64,000 nucleotides of DNA, from positions 21,149 to 85,148 of the forward strand of contig JANTGF010000009.1 of assembly GCA_024763075.1 (NCBI GenBank), read 5' to 3'. The translations under genes were made by a program, and so were the position numbers. This DNA comes from Bacteroidales bacterium (GTDB taxonomy: Bacteria > Bacteroidota > Bacteroidia > Bacteroidales > VadinHA17). Below the pieces are notes generated by a model. The model had not been told where the DNA came from. It saw nothing but the letters and a program-made list of their open reading frames with translations, and did not search any database. Shown here piece after piece: positions 28,721 through 38,743 of this stretch (within the stretch, counting starts at the first letter, position 1; each line of letters begins with the position of its first letter).

Positions 28721-30516
28721 AAACGGTATGTAATTCCGGCACCAAGCCACTCTTTAAACTGCAACCTGGCTTTCCGTCCGGTTTCAGTTCCACTGTCGTC
28801 ATAAATAGGGAAAGTAGTGTCCGTATCATAGATCAAATGGGTTGAAAAGCTAAAGCTGAAAAATGGACCGACTTTTACTCTCAGTATGGCCTCCCAGTCA
28901 AAATCAATTTTATTAAACCCGTTATAGTTTGTAAAGAAATGTAATCTGTTTTCAAGATTCCAATCCTCTTTAATCTCATAAATGTACTGTGCTTTTAAAT
29001 ACATACCTACCTCATTTTTTGCCATTCTACCTTCAGCAACTCCAAATTTTGTCTGATCAACACGTGCGGTATCAATAACAAAAACAGCCTTATAGGTAAC
29101 GGGGGAGAAAATGATTGAATTTTTCTTATTTTGCTTAAACTCCATACCCAAAGAGGAATACATATTACCCGGGGATATAAATGAGGAAATAACATTTGTA
29201 ACATCCGGATAATTATACCCTTTAGCCAACTGACTTTTAAAATTAAGAGCCAGACTATAATACCATTTTTTTGAAGCTTTCAGCCCAAGGTTTGAGTTCA
29301 CCTCCCAGGTATCGGTATTTTTCCGGATTCCCTCCGATGCCAGCGCCATGAATCCCAGTTTCATCCGGAAAGAATTATTCCATATGTATTCATCCTTCTT
29401 ATAATTAGCATTCAGCTCAGTTCTCAACAATGATGATACTGCATTTTCGCCACCTTTGGTCCAGTTACTCAGATAAGTTTGTGACAAAAGAATTTCCCCT
29501 ATCCCACCAAAATCCCAGGGACTTTTTTCAATTTTAATCAATTGAACATCTTTAAGATTATCATCCACCCGCTGACTTTCAAATGTATAATTCACCTTCC
29601 TCTTTCCCTTGCGGTATCTAGCATAGTAATAATTATCATCAATGAGAAATTTTAACTTTTTCCCATCATATGCCTGGACCCATATTCCCAACGAATCAAG
29701 CACTTCATTTTTTAACCAGAAACGCCTCATTTCCTTAGCATCTTTTCGAATCACAAGCTGGGTGGAATCATTTGTAATATTATATAACCATACACTTGTG
29801 GAGTCCATTTCGGCATGATCCAAAATGGTATTTAACGCATATCTCAAGGTGTCACTTAAAAACTGATTTACCGGAAAGGACACAAGGTTCAAAGTATCTG
29901 CGGCTTTTTGTTTTATAGAATCAAAACGTGCTGAGTCTGCGGCGGTTAATCCTGCCAGAGCAAGCGTATCACCCAGATGGGTGGAATCAATCATTTCCTT
30001 TCCGGCAAGCAGTTTAATTCCGGAATCTTCCATATTAGTGGTATCCGACACCTGAGCCGAATCAGCATGAGACTCAAAGGGAACCTGCATTCCCGGTTTA
30101 AGTGTCTTAAAAGGATATTTCTGCAGAAATTGTATCGTAGTGTCAATGGGACCGTTTTCAACATATAAAACCAACCTTTCAATTGCCTTCTGAAGGCCTT
30201 CATCAATGTCAGTCCTGTTTTGATTTTCCAAATAATAGTTTTTTACAATACGTAATGCCTGATCCACTTCCAGCCTGATTGGCTTTTTTTCAACTTTCAC
30301 ACCCCTTAAAGTAGAATCATCCAAAGAAACCATTACTTTCAGCGTATCCGGAATATTAATATTTAAAGAATCTTTATCGGGTTTAATCTTAAGTGAATCA
30401 ACCGCACGAACAGCAATTGTATCATTTTGTGAAAACAAAGACCCTGCACCTGATGCCAATATCAGAATTAGAAATATCCTGAACAGCGAAACTCTATTTA
30501 TTTTATGAAGATTCAT
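28717..30516 (-). CDS. DUF3078-family outer-membrane beta-barrel protein with long N-terminal extension
   Basis: Signal peptide; SQTYLSNWTKGGE, RKNTD, FKSQLAKGYNYP, LIYDTD and LQFKE motifs; C-terminal Phe (YRF). Confidence 0.8.
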   Translation of the reverse strand: MNLHKINRVSLFRIFLILILASGAGSLFSQNDTIAVRAVDSLKIKPDKDSLNINIPDTLKVMVSLDDSTLRGVKVEKKPIRLEVDQALRIVKNYYLENQNRTDIDEGLQKAIERLVLYVENGPIDTTIQFLQKYPFKTLKPGMQVPFESHADSAQVSDTTNMEDSGIKLLAGKEMIDSTHLGDTLALAGLTAADSARFDSIKQKAADTLNLVSFPVNQFLSDTLRYALNTILDHAEMDSTSVWLYNITNDSTQLVIRKDAKEMRRFWLKNEVLDSLGIWVQAYDGKKLKFLIDDNYYYARYRKGKRKVNYTFESQRVDDNLKDVQLIKIEKSPWDFGGIGEILLSQTYLSNWTKGGENAVSSLLRTELNANYKKDEYIWNNSFRMKLGFMALASEGIRKNTDTWEVNSNLGLKASKKWYYSLALNFKSQLAKGYNYPDVTNVISSFISPGNMYSSLGMEFKQNKKNSIIFSPVTYKAVFVIDTARVDQTKFGVAEGRMAKNEVGMYLKAQYIYEIKEDWNLENRLHFFTNYNGFNKIDFDWEAILRVKVGPFFSFSFSTHLIYDTDTTFPIYDDSGTETGRKARLQFKEWLGAGITYRF

Positions 30517-30610
30517 TTTGAGCTACAAACTTAAGAAAACTAGTTAGAATGAGACAGTCATGTAAATTAAGATTTTTCTGCATTCATTTCTTCAAAATCA
30601 ATATTTTTAT

Positions 30611-30618
30611 TAAATTTG
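30611..30618 (+). promoter_or_regulatory. Bacteroidota -7 element ahead of the tnaA leader
   Basis: TAAATTTG matches TAnnTTTG; implies a leader of about 270 nt. Confidence 0.5.
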
Positions 30619-30639
30619 TATAACAATCTGATAAACAAG

Positions 30640-30732
30640 ATGAAATCACACCTGTATTTATACGTATCTCCCTTATTTCGTTTTTTAAATATCAAAAACA
30701 GGGATCATTATTTATTTTATGATTTTGGTTAA
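30640..30732 (+). CDS. Putative 30-aa leader peptide (uORF) MKSHLYLYVSPLFRFLNIKNRDHYLFYDFG
   Basis: ATG in A-rich context 21 nt after the -7 element; stop codon lies within a stem; located upstream of tnaA. Confidence 0.35.
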   Translation: MKSHLYLYVSPLFRFLNIKNRDHYLFYDFG

Positions 30733-30807
30733 GTCGTCCATCAAATTTTATACCATTTTCGAATCCGGGACTTAACAATCTGCCTGTAAGCATAAAATCA
30801 GCTTTTC

Positions 30808-30858
30808 AAACGTTATAGCAGACTATTAAAGCATTTTTCAATAGCTTAACGTTTTTTT
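30808..30858 (+). terminator. Terminator-like hairpin in the tnaA leader (possible attenuator)
   Basis: AAACGTTA(T)AGC...GCTTAACGTTT stem ending in T7, 36 nt before the tnaA ATG. Confidence 0.45.
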
Positions 30859-30894
30859 ACAATATTCATTGCATCAAACTAAAAACTCAGTATA

Positions 30895-32286
30895 ATGAAA
30901 TTACCATATGCAGAACCCTTTAAAACAAAAATGGTCGAATCCATCAGGTTAAGTAGCAAAAGTGAAAGACAGGACTGGATCGAAAAGGCCGGATACAATC
31001 TGTTTAATCTTCACAGTGACCAGGTTTTTATCGATTTATTAACCGACTCCGGCACAGGTGCTATGAGTGATAAGCAATGGGGGGCACTCATGACTGGCGA
31101 TGAAAGTTACGCCGGGTCTTCCTCCTATTTCAGACTTAAAAACACCATTAAATCCCTTACCGGATTTGATTACTTTCTACCAACTCACCAGGGAAGGGCT
31201 GCAGAAAATGTCTTATTCTCCGCAATTTTAAAAGAAGGGGATCTTATTCCAGGAAATGCACATTTTGATACTACAAAGGGACACATCGAATTCAGGAAGG
31301 CCCATGCTGTTGATTGTACTGTAAGATCAGCCTATGACACAGAAAGCCCGGATCCTTTCAAGGGCAATATTGACCTGAATTTGCTTGAAGATGTACTCAA
31401 AAATAATCCCATTGAAAAGATCCCGGTAGTTATTGTAACACTTACCTGCAATACTACGGGAGGCCAGCCGGTTAGTATGGAGAACCTTAAAGGGGTTTAT
31501 CATCTCACCCAAAAATATGGTACCAGAGTATTTTTCGATTCAGCCCGTTTTGCTGAAAATGCATACTTTATTAAAGAAAGAGAAGAAGCCTACCGGAATA
31601 TAACCATAAGAGAAATCATTAAAGAAATGTACACCTATGCAGATGGTATGACCATGAGTAGTAAAAAAGACGGCATTGTGAACATTGGCGGATTCATTGC
31701 TTTTAAAGAAAAAGACTGGTTTGAGAAAGCAACCACTTATAATATAATGTTTGAAGGATTCATCACTTATGGTGGTATGGCAGGCAGAGATATGAATTCA
31801 CTTGCACAAGGACTTATGGAAGCTACCGGGTATGAGTACCTGGAGAGCCGTATTTCGCAGGTAGCCTATTTGGGGAAAAAGCTTACAGATTATGGAATTC
31901 CGGTACAAAAACCATACGGAGGTCATGCAATTTTTGTTAATGCCGGTAAATTTCTGTCAAAAGTTCCAAGGGAAGAATTTCCTGCTCAGACGCTGGCTAT
32001 CGAATTGTATCTCGAAGCAGGTGTACGTGCAGTTGAAATTGGTGCCATTATGGCCGATCGTGACCCCGACACCAAGAAAAACAGATATCCTGAATTGGTT
32101 ATGGTAAGGCTTGCTATTCCAAGAAGAGTATATTCCAATAATCATATGGACGTGGTTGCCGCTGCCTTATCCAATATATATGAGCGAAGAGATCAAATCA
32201 CCCGAGGGGTTAAAATATTAAAAGAAGCTCCGATTTTAAGGCATTTTACAGTAAAACTTGCACCTGTGGAAAAAAATACGGAATAA
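30895..32286 (+). CDS. tnaA: Tryptophanase (tryptophan indole-lyase)
   Basis: IDLLTDSGTGAMS, HQGRAAE and SSKKD (PLP Lys); FDTT and LRHFT are tryptophanase-type, whereas tyrosine phenol-lyase has FTTT and LRFFT. Confidence 0.88.
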   Translation: MKLPYAEPFKTKMVESIRLSSKSERQDWIEKAGYNLFNLHSDQVFIDLLTDSGTGAMSDKQWGALMTGDESYAGSSSYFRLKNTIKSLTGFDYFLPTHQGRAAENVLFSAILKEGDLIPGNAHFDTTKGHIEFRKAHAVDCTVRSAYDTESPDPFKGNIDLNLLEDVLKNNPIEKIPVVIVTLTCNTTGGQPVSMENLKGVYHLTQKYGTRVFFDSARFAENAYFIKEREEAYRNITIREIIKEMYTYADGMTMSSKKDGIVNIGGFIAFKEKDWFEKATTYNIMFEGFITYGGMAGRDMNSLAQGLMEATGYEYLESRISQVAYLGKKLTDYGIPVQKPYGGHAIFVNAGKFLSKVPREEFPAQTLAIELYLEAGVRAVEIGAIMADRDPDTKKNRYPELVMVRLAIPRRVYSNNHMDVVAAALSNIYERRDQITRGVKILKEAPILRHFTVKLAPVEKNTE

Positions 32287-32371
32287 ATTTAAGCCTTTTC
32301 GAAAAGATTCATCCCTTTTTTTTGAAGACAGGGAAAAAATCGTCATTTTCGTGCAGTAATATCAGGGATGA

Positions 32372-33712
32372 ATGAAAGATCTTACCGTAGGGAAGGAAGG
32401 AAAACTTATATTTTATTTTGCAATGCCCATGCTTCTGGGCAATGTTTTTCAACAATTATACAATATTGTTGACAGTGCTGTTGTTGGAAATTATATTGGG
32501 AAAGAAGCACTTGCTGCAGTGGGTGCTTCTTTTCCTATCATTTTCACACTGATTTCACTGATTATTGGTGTGGCCAGCGGAGCCATGATTGTAATTTCAC
32601 AATATTATGGGGCAAAAGATATTGAAAGAGTAAAACGGACAATTGACACCTTTTATATCTTTGTTTTTCTTGCATCTATTCTGATATCCTTTGTAGGTGT
32701 TATTTACAGTGAAAGAATTTTCAGGCTTATGCAATTACCTGAAGATATCATTCCTCAGGCAAAAACATATTTTAACATATATGTTCTGGGGATGATCTCA
32801 TTCTTTGGTTTTAACGGAACCAGTGCCGTACTCCGGGGGCTTGGAGATTCAAAAACGCCGTTGTATTTTCTAATACTTGCCACGCTGATTAATATAATTC
32901 TGGACCTTCTGTTTGTAATCGTTTTCAAGTGGGGAATAGCCGGTGTTGCATATGCCACCCTTGTTTCTCAAACAGGAGCCTTTATTACTGCCATTCTGTA
33001 TTTGAATAAAACACACGAAATTATAAAACTCCGGATCCTCAAATTAAAGTTTGATTATGATCTGTTCAAAAAAAGTTTAAAGATCGGTATTCCAAACGGG
33101 CTTTCACAAACATTTGTCGCACTGGGAGCAATGGCCATGATGACAATCGTTAATACCTTTGGTACAAATGTAATTGCCGGATATTCAATAGCCATCCGGC
33201 TGGATGCATTAGCGGTAATGCCGGCCATGAATTTCTCAGCAGCACTGGCCACTTTTGTGGGTCAGAACATGGGTGCAAATAAGCAGGAAAGAGTAAAAAC
33301 AGGAGTACTTTATACGCTGGGAATGTCAGGCATATTTTCTATCCTGGTAACATTTAGCATTCAACTTTGGGGAGAACAATTATTACACCTGTTCACCAAA
33401 GATTCAGACGTAATCCGGTACGGGTTTGAATATCTGGAAATTGTAAGCTGGTTTTATATTATTTTTTCTATTATGTTTACCTATAGCGGGGTTCTGCGCG
33501 GAGCAGGAGATACACTGATCCCCATGTTCATAACACTCACCGCCCTTTGGATCGTCAGGATACCCTCTGCATATTTTCTTTCAAAACGGTTTGGGGAACT
33601 GGGAATCTGGTGGGCTGTTCCCATGGGTATGATTACCGGAGTTATCCTAACATTTATTTATTATAAAACCGGTCGCTATAAAACAAAAGGAGTAATCAAG
33701 TATGATAAATAA
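32372..33712 (+). CDS. MATE family efflux transporter
   Basis: PMLLGNVFQQLYNIVDSAVVG, LRGLGDSKTPL and GVLRGAGDT motifs; 12 TM. Confidence 0.93.
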   Translation: MKDLTVGKEGKLIFYFAMPMLLGNVFQQLYNIVDSAVVGNYIGKEALAAVGASFPIIFTLISLIIGVASGAMIVISQYYGAKDIERVKRTIDTFYIFVFLASILISFVGVIYSERIFRLMQLPEDIIPQAKTYFNIYVLGMISFFGFNGTSAVLRGLGDSKTPLYFLILATLINIILDLLFVIVFKWGIAGVAYATLVSQTGAFITAILYLNKTHEIIKLRILKLKFDYDLFKKSLKIGIPNGLSQTFVALGAMAMMTIVNTFGTNVIAGYSIAIRLDALAVMPAMNFSAALATFVGQNMGANKQERVKTGVLYTLGMSGIFSILVTFSIQLWGEQLLHLFTKDSDVIRYGFEYLEIVSWFYIIFSIMFTYSGVLRGAGDTLIPMFITLTALWIVRIPSAYFLSKRFGELGIWWAVPMGMITGVILTFIYYKTGRYKTKGVIKYDK

Positions 33713-33815
33713 ATCCTATCTTTAACTCATCCGATGAAAAATATTAAAATCAAATAACAAACCCTTACCTTTGAAGACAGAACTTATACCCGGGTAATTT
33801 TAAAAAATAATTCCT

Positions 33816-34691
33816 ATGATTCAATCAATGACAGGTTTTGGAAAAATAGATTTTGAAGATAAAAACAAGAGAATACTAATCGAAATAAGATGTCTGAATT
33901 CGAAACAAATGGATTTCAACTTTAAGGCATCAGGTGTCCTGAAAGAAAAAGAAGCCGGTATAAGAACCCTGGTCAACCAATATTTGAAAAGAGGGAAAGT
34001 TGATTTGAATATTTACTACACAAACCTGAAAGATCCTGCTGTACCTTTAATCAATCAGGAAGTTGTAACCAACTATTTTGCACAAATAAGCGGCCTGAAA
34101 GAGATGGAAAAACGACCGGGTTTTGAAGAATTATTACCCCTGATATTAAAACTTCCGGATGTTATGAAAACCGGTAAGCAGGAAATGGATGAATCAGAAT
34201 GGGTAATTATCAGAAAGCAACTGGTTCAGGTACTGGAAGATGTAAGATCTTTCAGACTGCAGGAAGGTGCATCTATTGAAAAAGACATTATTAAAAGAGT
34301 GAGTATTATTGGTGAGTTACTTGAAAAAATTACACCATTTGAAGTAAACAGACTCGAAAAGATTAAGATTCGTATAACTGAAAAAATGCATGAACTTCAG
34401 AGCAATACAGATTTTGATAAGAACAGATTTGAACAGGAGTTAATTTACTTCCTGGAAAAACTGGATATTACGGAAGAAAAAACCCGGCTTAAAAATCATA
34501 TTGACTATTTTTTAAGTTCGATGGAAACAAGGGAGCCCATTGGAAAGAAGCTGGGGTTTATTTCCCAGGAAATGGGAAGGGAAATCAATACCATTGGATC
34601 TAAAGCGAATGATTCTGATATTCAGAAAATTGTAGTAATGATGAAAGATGAACTGGAAAAGATTAAAGAACAGTTGCTGAATGTAATGTAA
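33816..34691 (+). CDS. yicC: YicC/YloC family endoribonuclease
   Basis: MIQSMTGFG, RFEQEL, LDITEE and GKKLGFISQEMGREINTIGSK motifs; -7 TACCTTTG at 33766. Confidence 0.93.
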   Translation: MIQSMTGFGKIDFEDKNKRILIEIRCLNSKQMDFNFKASGVLKEKEAGIRTLVNQYLKRGKVDLNIYYTNLKDPAVPLINQEVVTNYFAQISGLKEMEKRPGFEELLPLILKLPDVMKTGKQEMDESEWVIIRKQLVQVLEDVRSFRLQEGASIEKDIIKRVSIIGELLEKITPFEVNRLEKIKIRITEKMHELQSNTDFDKNRFEQELIYFLEKLDITEEKTRLKNHIDYFLSSMETREPIGKKLGFISQEMGREINTIGSKANDSDIQKIVVMMKDELEKIKEQLLNVM

Positions 34692-34781
34692 ATATGCTGT
34701 TTAAGGTTACAGATTTGAACCAACAAAAAGTAAATAATAATCACACACAGATTAATCTGTGAAACATAAAGCTTCAAAAAA

Positions 34782-35372
34782 TTGACTGACTCAGACTACA
34801 ACAAAAAAAAAGGGAAATTAATAGTTGTTTCTGCACCTTCGGGTGCCGGAAAAACGACTATTGTTCATTACCTTATGAAGCAGTTACCCGAACTGGAGTT
34901 TTCCGTTTCAGCATGCAGCCGAAAAAAAAGACCAAATGAAAAAAACGGGACTGATTATTATTTTCTGACTGTTGAAGCATTTAAACAGAAAATTGAAAAG
35001 AAGGAATTTATTGAATGGGAAGAAGTTTATCCGTACCAGTATTACGGAACTTTAAAATCGGAACTGGAAAGAATATGGGATAAAGGGCATCCTGTAATTT
35101 TTGATGTGGACGTGCTTGGTGGAATCAACATTAAAAAGCTTTATGGCAAAAATTGCCTGGCTTTATTTATTATGCCTCCTTCGATAGAGGAATTAAAAAA
35201 AAGGCTTGTAAACAGATCAACCGAAACGGAAGACAGCCTCAAAAAACGACTGGAAAGGGCAAGAAGGGAAATGTCCTATGCCAACAGTTTTGATGTTATT
35301 ATTATTAATGACCAGCTTGAAAAAGCACAAAAACAAGCCGAAGCTGAAATCAGAGAATTTCTTGAGACTTAA
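34782..35372 (+). CDS. gmk: Guanylate kinase
   Basis: SAPSGAGKTT, FSVSACSR..RPNE..G.DYYF and YYGT motifs. Confidence 0.96.
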   Translation: MTDSDYNKKKGKLIVVSAPSGAGKTTIVHYLMKQLPELEFSVSACSRKKRPNEKNGTDYYFLTVEAFKQKIEKKEFIEWEEVYPYQYYGTLKSELERIWDKGHPVIFDVDVLGGINIKKLYGKNCLALFIMPPSIEELKKRLVNRSTETEDSLKKRLERARREMSYANSFDVIIINDQLEKAQKQAEAEIREFLET

Positions 35373-35402
35373 ATTTATAAATTACATTAATTAGAAAGTC
35401 AG

Positions 35403-35996
35403 GTGGAGACAGGTTTATATTTTGGTTCGTTTAATCCAATCCATATAGGACATATGGCAATTGCCAACTATCTGGTTGAGTTTACCAGCCTGAAGCAGAT
35501 CTGGTTTGTTGTCAGCCCGCATAACCCCCTTAAGCAAAAGTCCAGTTTACTGAACGATTACCAGCGGTTGGAAATGGTTCACAGAGCCATTGATGATGAC
35601 CCGAGATTCCGGGCATCCGACATCGAATTCAAAATGCCGAAACCTTCCTACACTATTGATACTCTTACTTACCTGGGTGAAAAGTATCCTGACAGAAAAT
35701 TCAGGCTGATTATGGGATCCGATAATTTGTATTTCATTCACAAATGGAAAAATTTTAAAAATCTACTTGATAAATATGACATTATTGTTTACCCACGTCC
35801 GGATTATCCTGCAGACAGAAAAAGACTTCCGGTTTTATCAAATTATGGAGAGCGAATAAACCAGATAAATGCACCACTTATGGAAATTTCATCCAGTTTT
35901 ATCAGAAATGCGGTAAAGGAAGGCAAAAATATCCGCCATTTCCTCCCTGAGAAGGTTTACCGGTATATGGATGAGATGAATTTCTACAAAAAATAA
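35403..35996 (+). CDS. nadD: Nicotinate-nucleotide adenylyltransferase
   Basis: GSFNPIHIGH, SYTIDTL, MGSDN and ISSSFIR motifs. Confidence 0.96.
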   Translation: METGLYFGSFNPIHIGHMAIANYLVEFTSLKQIWFVVSPHNPLKQKSSLLNDYQRLEMVHRAIDDDPRFRASDIEFKMPKPSYTIDTLTYLGEKYPDRKFRLIMGSDNLYFIHKWKNFKNLLDKYDIIVYPRPDYPADRKRLPVLSNYGERINQINAPLMEISSSFIRNAVKEGKNIRHFLPEKVYRYMDEMNFYKK

Positions 35997-35997
35997 A

Positions 35998-36020
35998 AAC
36001 CCGGAAACTACCCCCGGGTT
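35998..36020. terminator. Hairpin between convergent nadD and vor operon
   Basis: AACCCGG-N9-CCGGGTT. Confidence 0.45.
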
Positions 36021-36038
36021 ATAAAATAAAAACCATAT

Positions 36039-36590
36039 TTATGCAACCTCCACCGGTTGAATAATCTCAGCACCCCTGATCAGGGCTTTCTCATTTAAAG
36101 CAATCAGGTGGTGATATCTTTCCGGTAAGGATTTCTTCAATCCTTTTATGACATTTTCAAACTTAACAACCGGCTTTATTTTAAGAAAAGCTCCCAGCAT
36201 GATCATGTTAAATGTTCTGGCAGACTCCATTTTAGCAGATTCAGCAGCTGCATCAGCCCGGTAAATTTGTATATCATTTCTTTCGGGGTGGCGGGTAATA
36301 CCGTTTCCATCGTAAAGTAAAATTCCTCCGGGCTTAATTTTTGATTCAAATTTATCCATCGATTGTTGATTCAGGATAATGGCAGAGTCATAAGAATTCA
36401 GAATTGGAGAGCTGATCCTTTTATCACTCAGGATTACCGTTACATTTGCCGTTCCTCCTCTCATTTCAGGTCCGTATGAAGGCATCCAGCTCACCTCCAT
36501 ATCCTGCATTACACCAGAATAACAAAGAATCTTTCCCATAGAAAGTACTCCCTGTCCGCCAAAACCAGCAATAATAATTTCTTCAGTCAT
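36039..36590 (-). CDS. 2-oxoacid:ferredoxin oxidoreductase gamma subunit
   Basis: AGFGGQGVLSMG and PSYGPEMRGGTAN motifs. Confidence 0.92.
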   Translation of the reverse strand: MTEEIIIAGFGGQGVLSMGKILCYSGVMQDMEVSWMPSYGPEMRGGTANVTVILSDKRISSPILNSYDSAIILNQQSMDKFESKIKPGGILLYDGNGITRHPERNDIQIYRADAAAESAKMESARTFNMIMLGAFLKIKPVVKFENVIKGLKKSLPERYHHLIALNEKALIRGAEIIQPVEVA

Positions 36591-36643
36591 TTTATCAAAA
36601 TTTACATTTTAACTATTCTTCCGGACGAAACAAAAATCCGGCA

Positions 36644-37423
36644 TCAATCCTCAGGAACTTTAATATCTCCGAGCGGGTAAAAATCAAGCATATTTTCATC
36701 CAGCCACTTAATGGACTGAACAGGAGTCATTTTCCATCCGGAATTACAATTGGAAACCACCTCAATAAAAGATACGCCTTTCTTTTTTGGTTGATATTCA
36801 AAAGCCTTTCTGACAGCTCTCTTCAACTTTCTGACGTACGCCGGTGTATGTACAGCCTGACGTGTTACATAATAGGTACCCGGCAGGCTTGCCACCAGTT
36901 CTGTTATTTTTAGTGGATGTCCCATCTGCATCCAGTCCCGGCCATAAGGTGTTGTGGAAGATTTCATACCTTCCAGGGTTGTAGGGGCCATTTGTCCGCC
37001 AGTCATTCCATAAATACCATTATTTATGAAAAACATTACGATATTCTCGCCCCTGTTACAGGCATGGATTGTTTCAGCCGTACCAATGGCAGCAAGATCT
37101 CCATCTCCCTGATAGGAAAACACATATTTATCGGGCCATAATCTTTTTATTCCGGTTGCAACAGCAGGGGCCCTCCCATGGGCAGCTTCCTGCATATCAA
37201 AATCCATATAGTTATACATAAAAACAGAGCAACCAACCGGTGCAACACCCAGAACCTCGGATTGTATTCCCAGTTCCTCAACAACTTCCGCTATCACCCT
37301 GTGCGTTGTACTGTGGCCACAACCCGGACAATAATGCATCACATTATCAGTCAATACTTTAGTTTTTGTATAGACTAGATTTTCCGGTTTTATCATTTCT
37401 TTGTTAAGAACATTTTCTGCCAT
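36644..37423 (-). CDS. 2-oxoacid:ferredoxin oxidoreductase TPP-binding beta subunit (Vor type)
   Basis: YCPGCGH, PVGCS, HGRAPA and QGDGD...NNGIYGMTGGQ motifs. Confidence 0.92.
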   Translation of the reverse strand: MAENVLNKEMIKPENLVYTKTKVLTDNVMHYCPGCGHSTTHRVIAEVVEELGIQSEVLGVAPVGCSVFMYNYMDFDMQEAAHGRAPAVATGIKRLWPDKYVFSYQGDGDLAAIGTAETIHACNRGENIVMFFINNGIYGMTGGQMAPTTLEGMKSSTTPYGRDWMQMGHPLKITELVASLPGTYYVTRQAVHTPAYVRKLKRAVRKAFEYQPKKKGVSFIEVVSNCNSGWKMTPVQSIKWLDENMLDFYPLGDIKVPED

Positions 37424-37426
37424 AAC

Positions 37427-38497
37427 TTAATCTCCTATTATTTGTTTTTTCAGAGCTTCCACAATTTCATCCGGTGCGGGAATGATCCCCCCCATTCTGC
37501 CATAATGCCCCACTTTAATATTATCATGAACCGCCAGCCTGACATCTTCAACCATCTGACCGCTGTTCATTTCCACTGAAAGCATTCCTTTTACATGAGA
37601 AGTCAGTGATTCCAGTTCCTTTGAAGGAAACGGCCACAGGGTAATGGGCCTGAATAATCCTGCTTTTATTCCTTCTTCCCTTGCCATTTCAACTGACTTC
37701 TGACAAATCCTTGCACTGGTTCCAAATGCAACTAAAACATATTCTGCATCGTCGCACATATACTCTTCAAATAAAACTTCTTTCTCCTGTACCTCTTTAT
37801 ATTTTCTTTGCAATTTCAGGTTAAACCTTTCATGCCGGGCAGGATCAAGGTCTAGAGAAGTAATAATATTTCTTTCCCTGTCAGGATTCTTTCCTGTGGT
37901 AGCCCAATCAGGAAATTCAGTCATCCTTGGAACCTGTTCCTTAAATTTCACCTTTTCCATCATTTGGCCAATCGCCCCATCAGACAAAATCATTACCGGA
38001 TTTCTGTACTTAAAAGCCAGGTCGAAAGAAAGGCTGACAAAATCTGCCATTTCCTGAACCGATGCCGGAGCCAGCACAATAAGTCTGTAATCACCATGGC
38101 CTCCTCCTTTAGTTGCCTGAAAATAATCAGCCTGCCCGGGCTGAATGGTTCCCAGACCTGGTCCACCTCTTTGTACATTTACAATCAGGCAGGGTAGTTC
38201 TGCCCCGGCAATATAAGAAATGCCTTCCTGCATCAGGCTGATTCCAGGACTGGAGGAAGAAGTCATTACTTTTTTCCCGGCCCCTGCTCCTCCGTAAAGC
38301 ATGTTAATTGAAGCAACCTCACTCTCCGCCTGTAATACAATCATACCTGTTGTCTCATGAGGTTTTGCTGCTGTAAGGTATTCCATCACCTCACTTTGCG
38401 GAGTAATAGGATAGCCAAAATATCCATCCGTACCAGCCCGGATGGCAGCCTCAGCAATGGCTTCATTTCCTTTCATTAATTTATATTCTTCTGCCAT
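37427..38497 (-). CDS. vorB: 2-oxoisovalerate-type oxidoreductase alpha subunit (VorB family)
   Basis: MKGNEAIAEAA, GYPITPQSE, QAESEVA, SSSPGISLMQEG and RGGPGLG motifs. Confidence 0.9.
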   Translation of the reverse strand: MAEEYKLMKGNEAIAEAAIRAGTDGYFGYPITPQSEVMEYLTAAKPHETTGMIVLQAESEVASINMLYGGAGAGKKVMTSSSSPGISLMQEGISYIAGAELPCLIVNVQRGGPGLGTIQPGQADYFQATKGGGHGDYRLIVLAPASVQEMADFVSLSFDLAFKYRNPVMILSDGAIGQMMEKVKFKEQVPRMTEFPDWATTGKNPDRERNIITSLDLDPARHERFNLKLQRKYKEVQEKEVLFEEYMCDDAEYVLVAFGTSARICQKSVEMAREEGIKAGLFRPITLWPFPSKELESLTSHVKGMLSVEMNSGQMVEDVRLAVHDNIKVGHYGRMGGIIPAPDEIVEALKKQIIGD

Positions 38498-38515
38498 TTT
38501 AACTAATTTATTAAA

Positions 38516-38743
38516 TTAAGAAACCTTTACCCTGTAAACCGTAATGACCCCATCCGGGCAAACAACACCACAATTGGTGCAGCCCGTACATCCATCTGCA
38601 TCATTTAAATAAGCAAAATGGTAACCCTTACCGTTTACCTCAGCTGACATGGAAATAACATGGGTAGGACAAGAAACCACACAAATTTCACAGCCTTTAC
38701 ATTTTTCTGTGTCAACTACAATCGTACCTTTTACTTTTGCCAT
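38516..38743 (-). CDS. 2x[4Fe-4S] ferredoxin-like delta subunit
   Basis: CKGCEICVVSCP and CTGCTNCGVVCP; -7 element TACTTTTG at 38771-38778 (minus). Confidence 0.93.
   Translation of the reverse strand: MAKVKGTIVVDTEKCKGCEICVVSCPTHVISMSAEVNGKGYHFAYLNDADGCTGCTNCGVVCPDGVITVYRVKVS

Noticed and set aside
30680-30722. Slippery T-TTT-TTA in the tnaA uORF as a programmed frameshift to a Trp-containing frame
   Set aside because: The -1 frame stops at TGA (30720-30722) before reaching the TGG codon.
30895-32286. Tyrosine phenol-lyase call
   Set aside because: Specificity motifs FDTT and LRHFT are tryptophanase-type, not FTTT and LRFFT.
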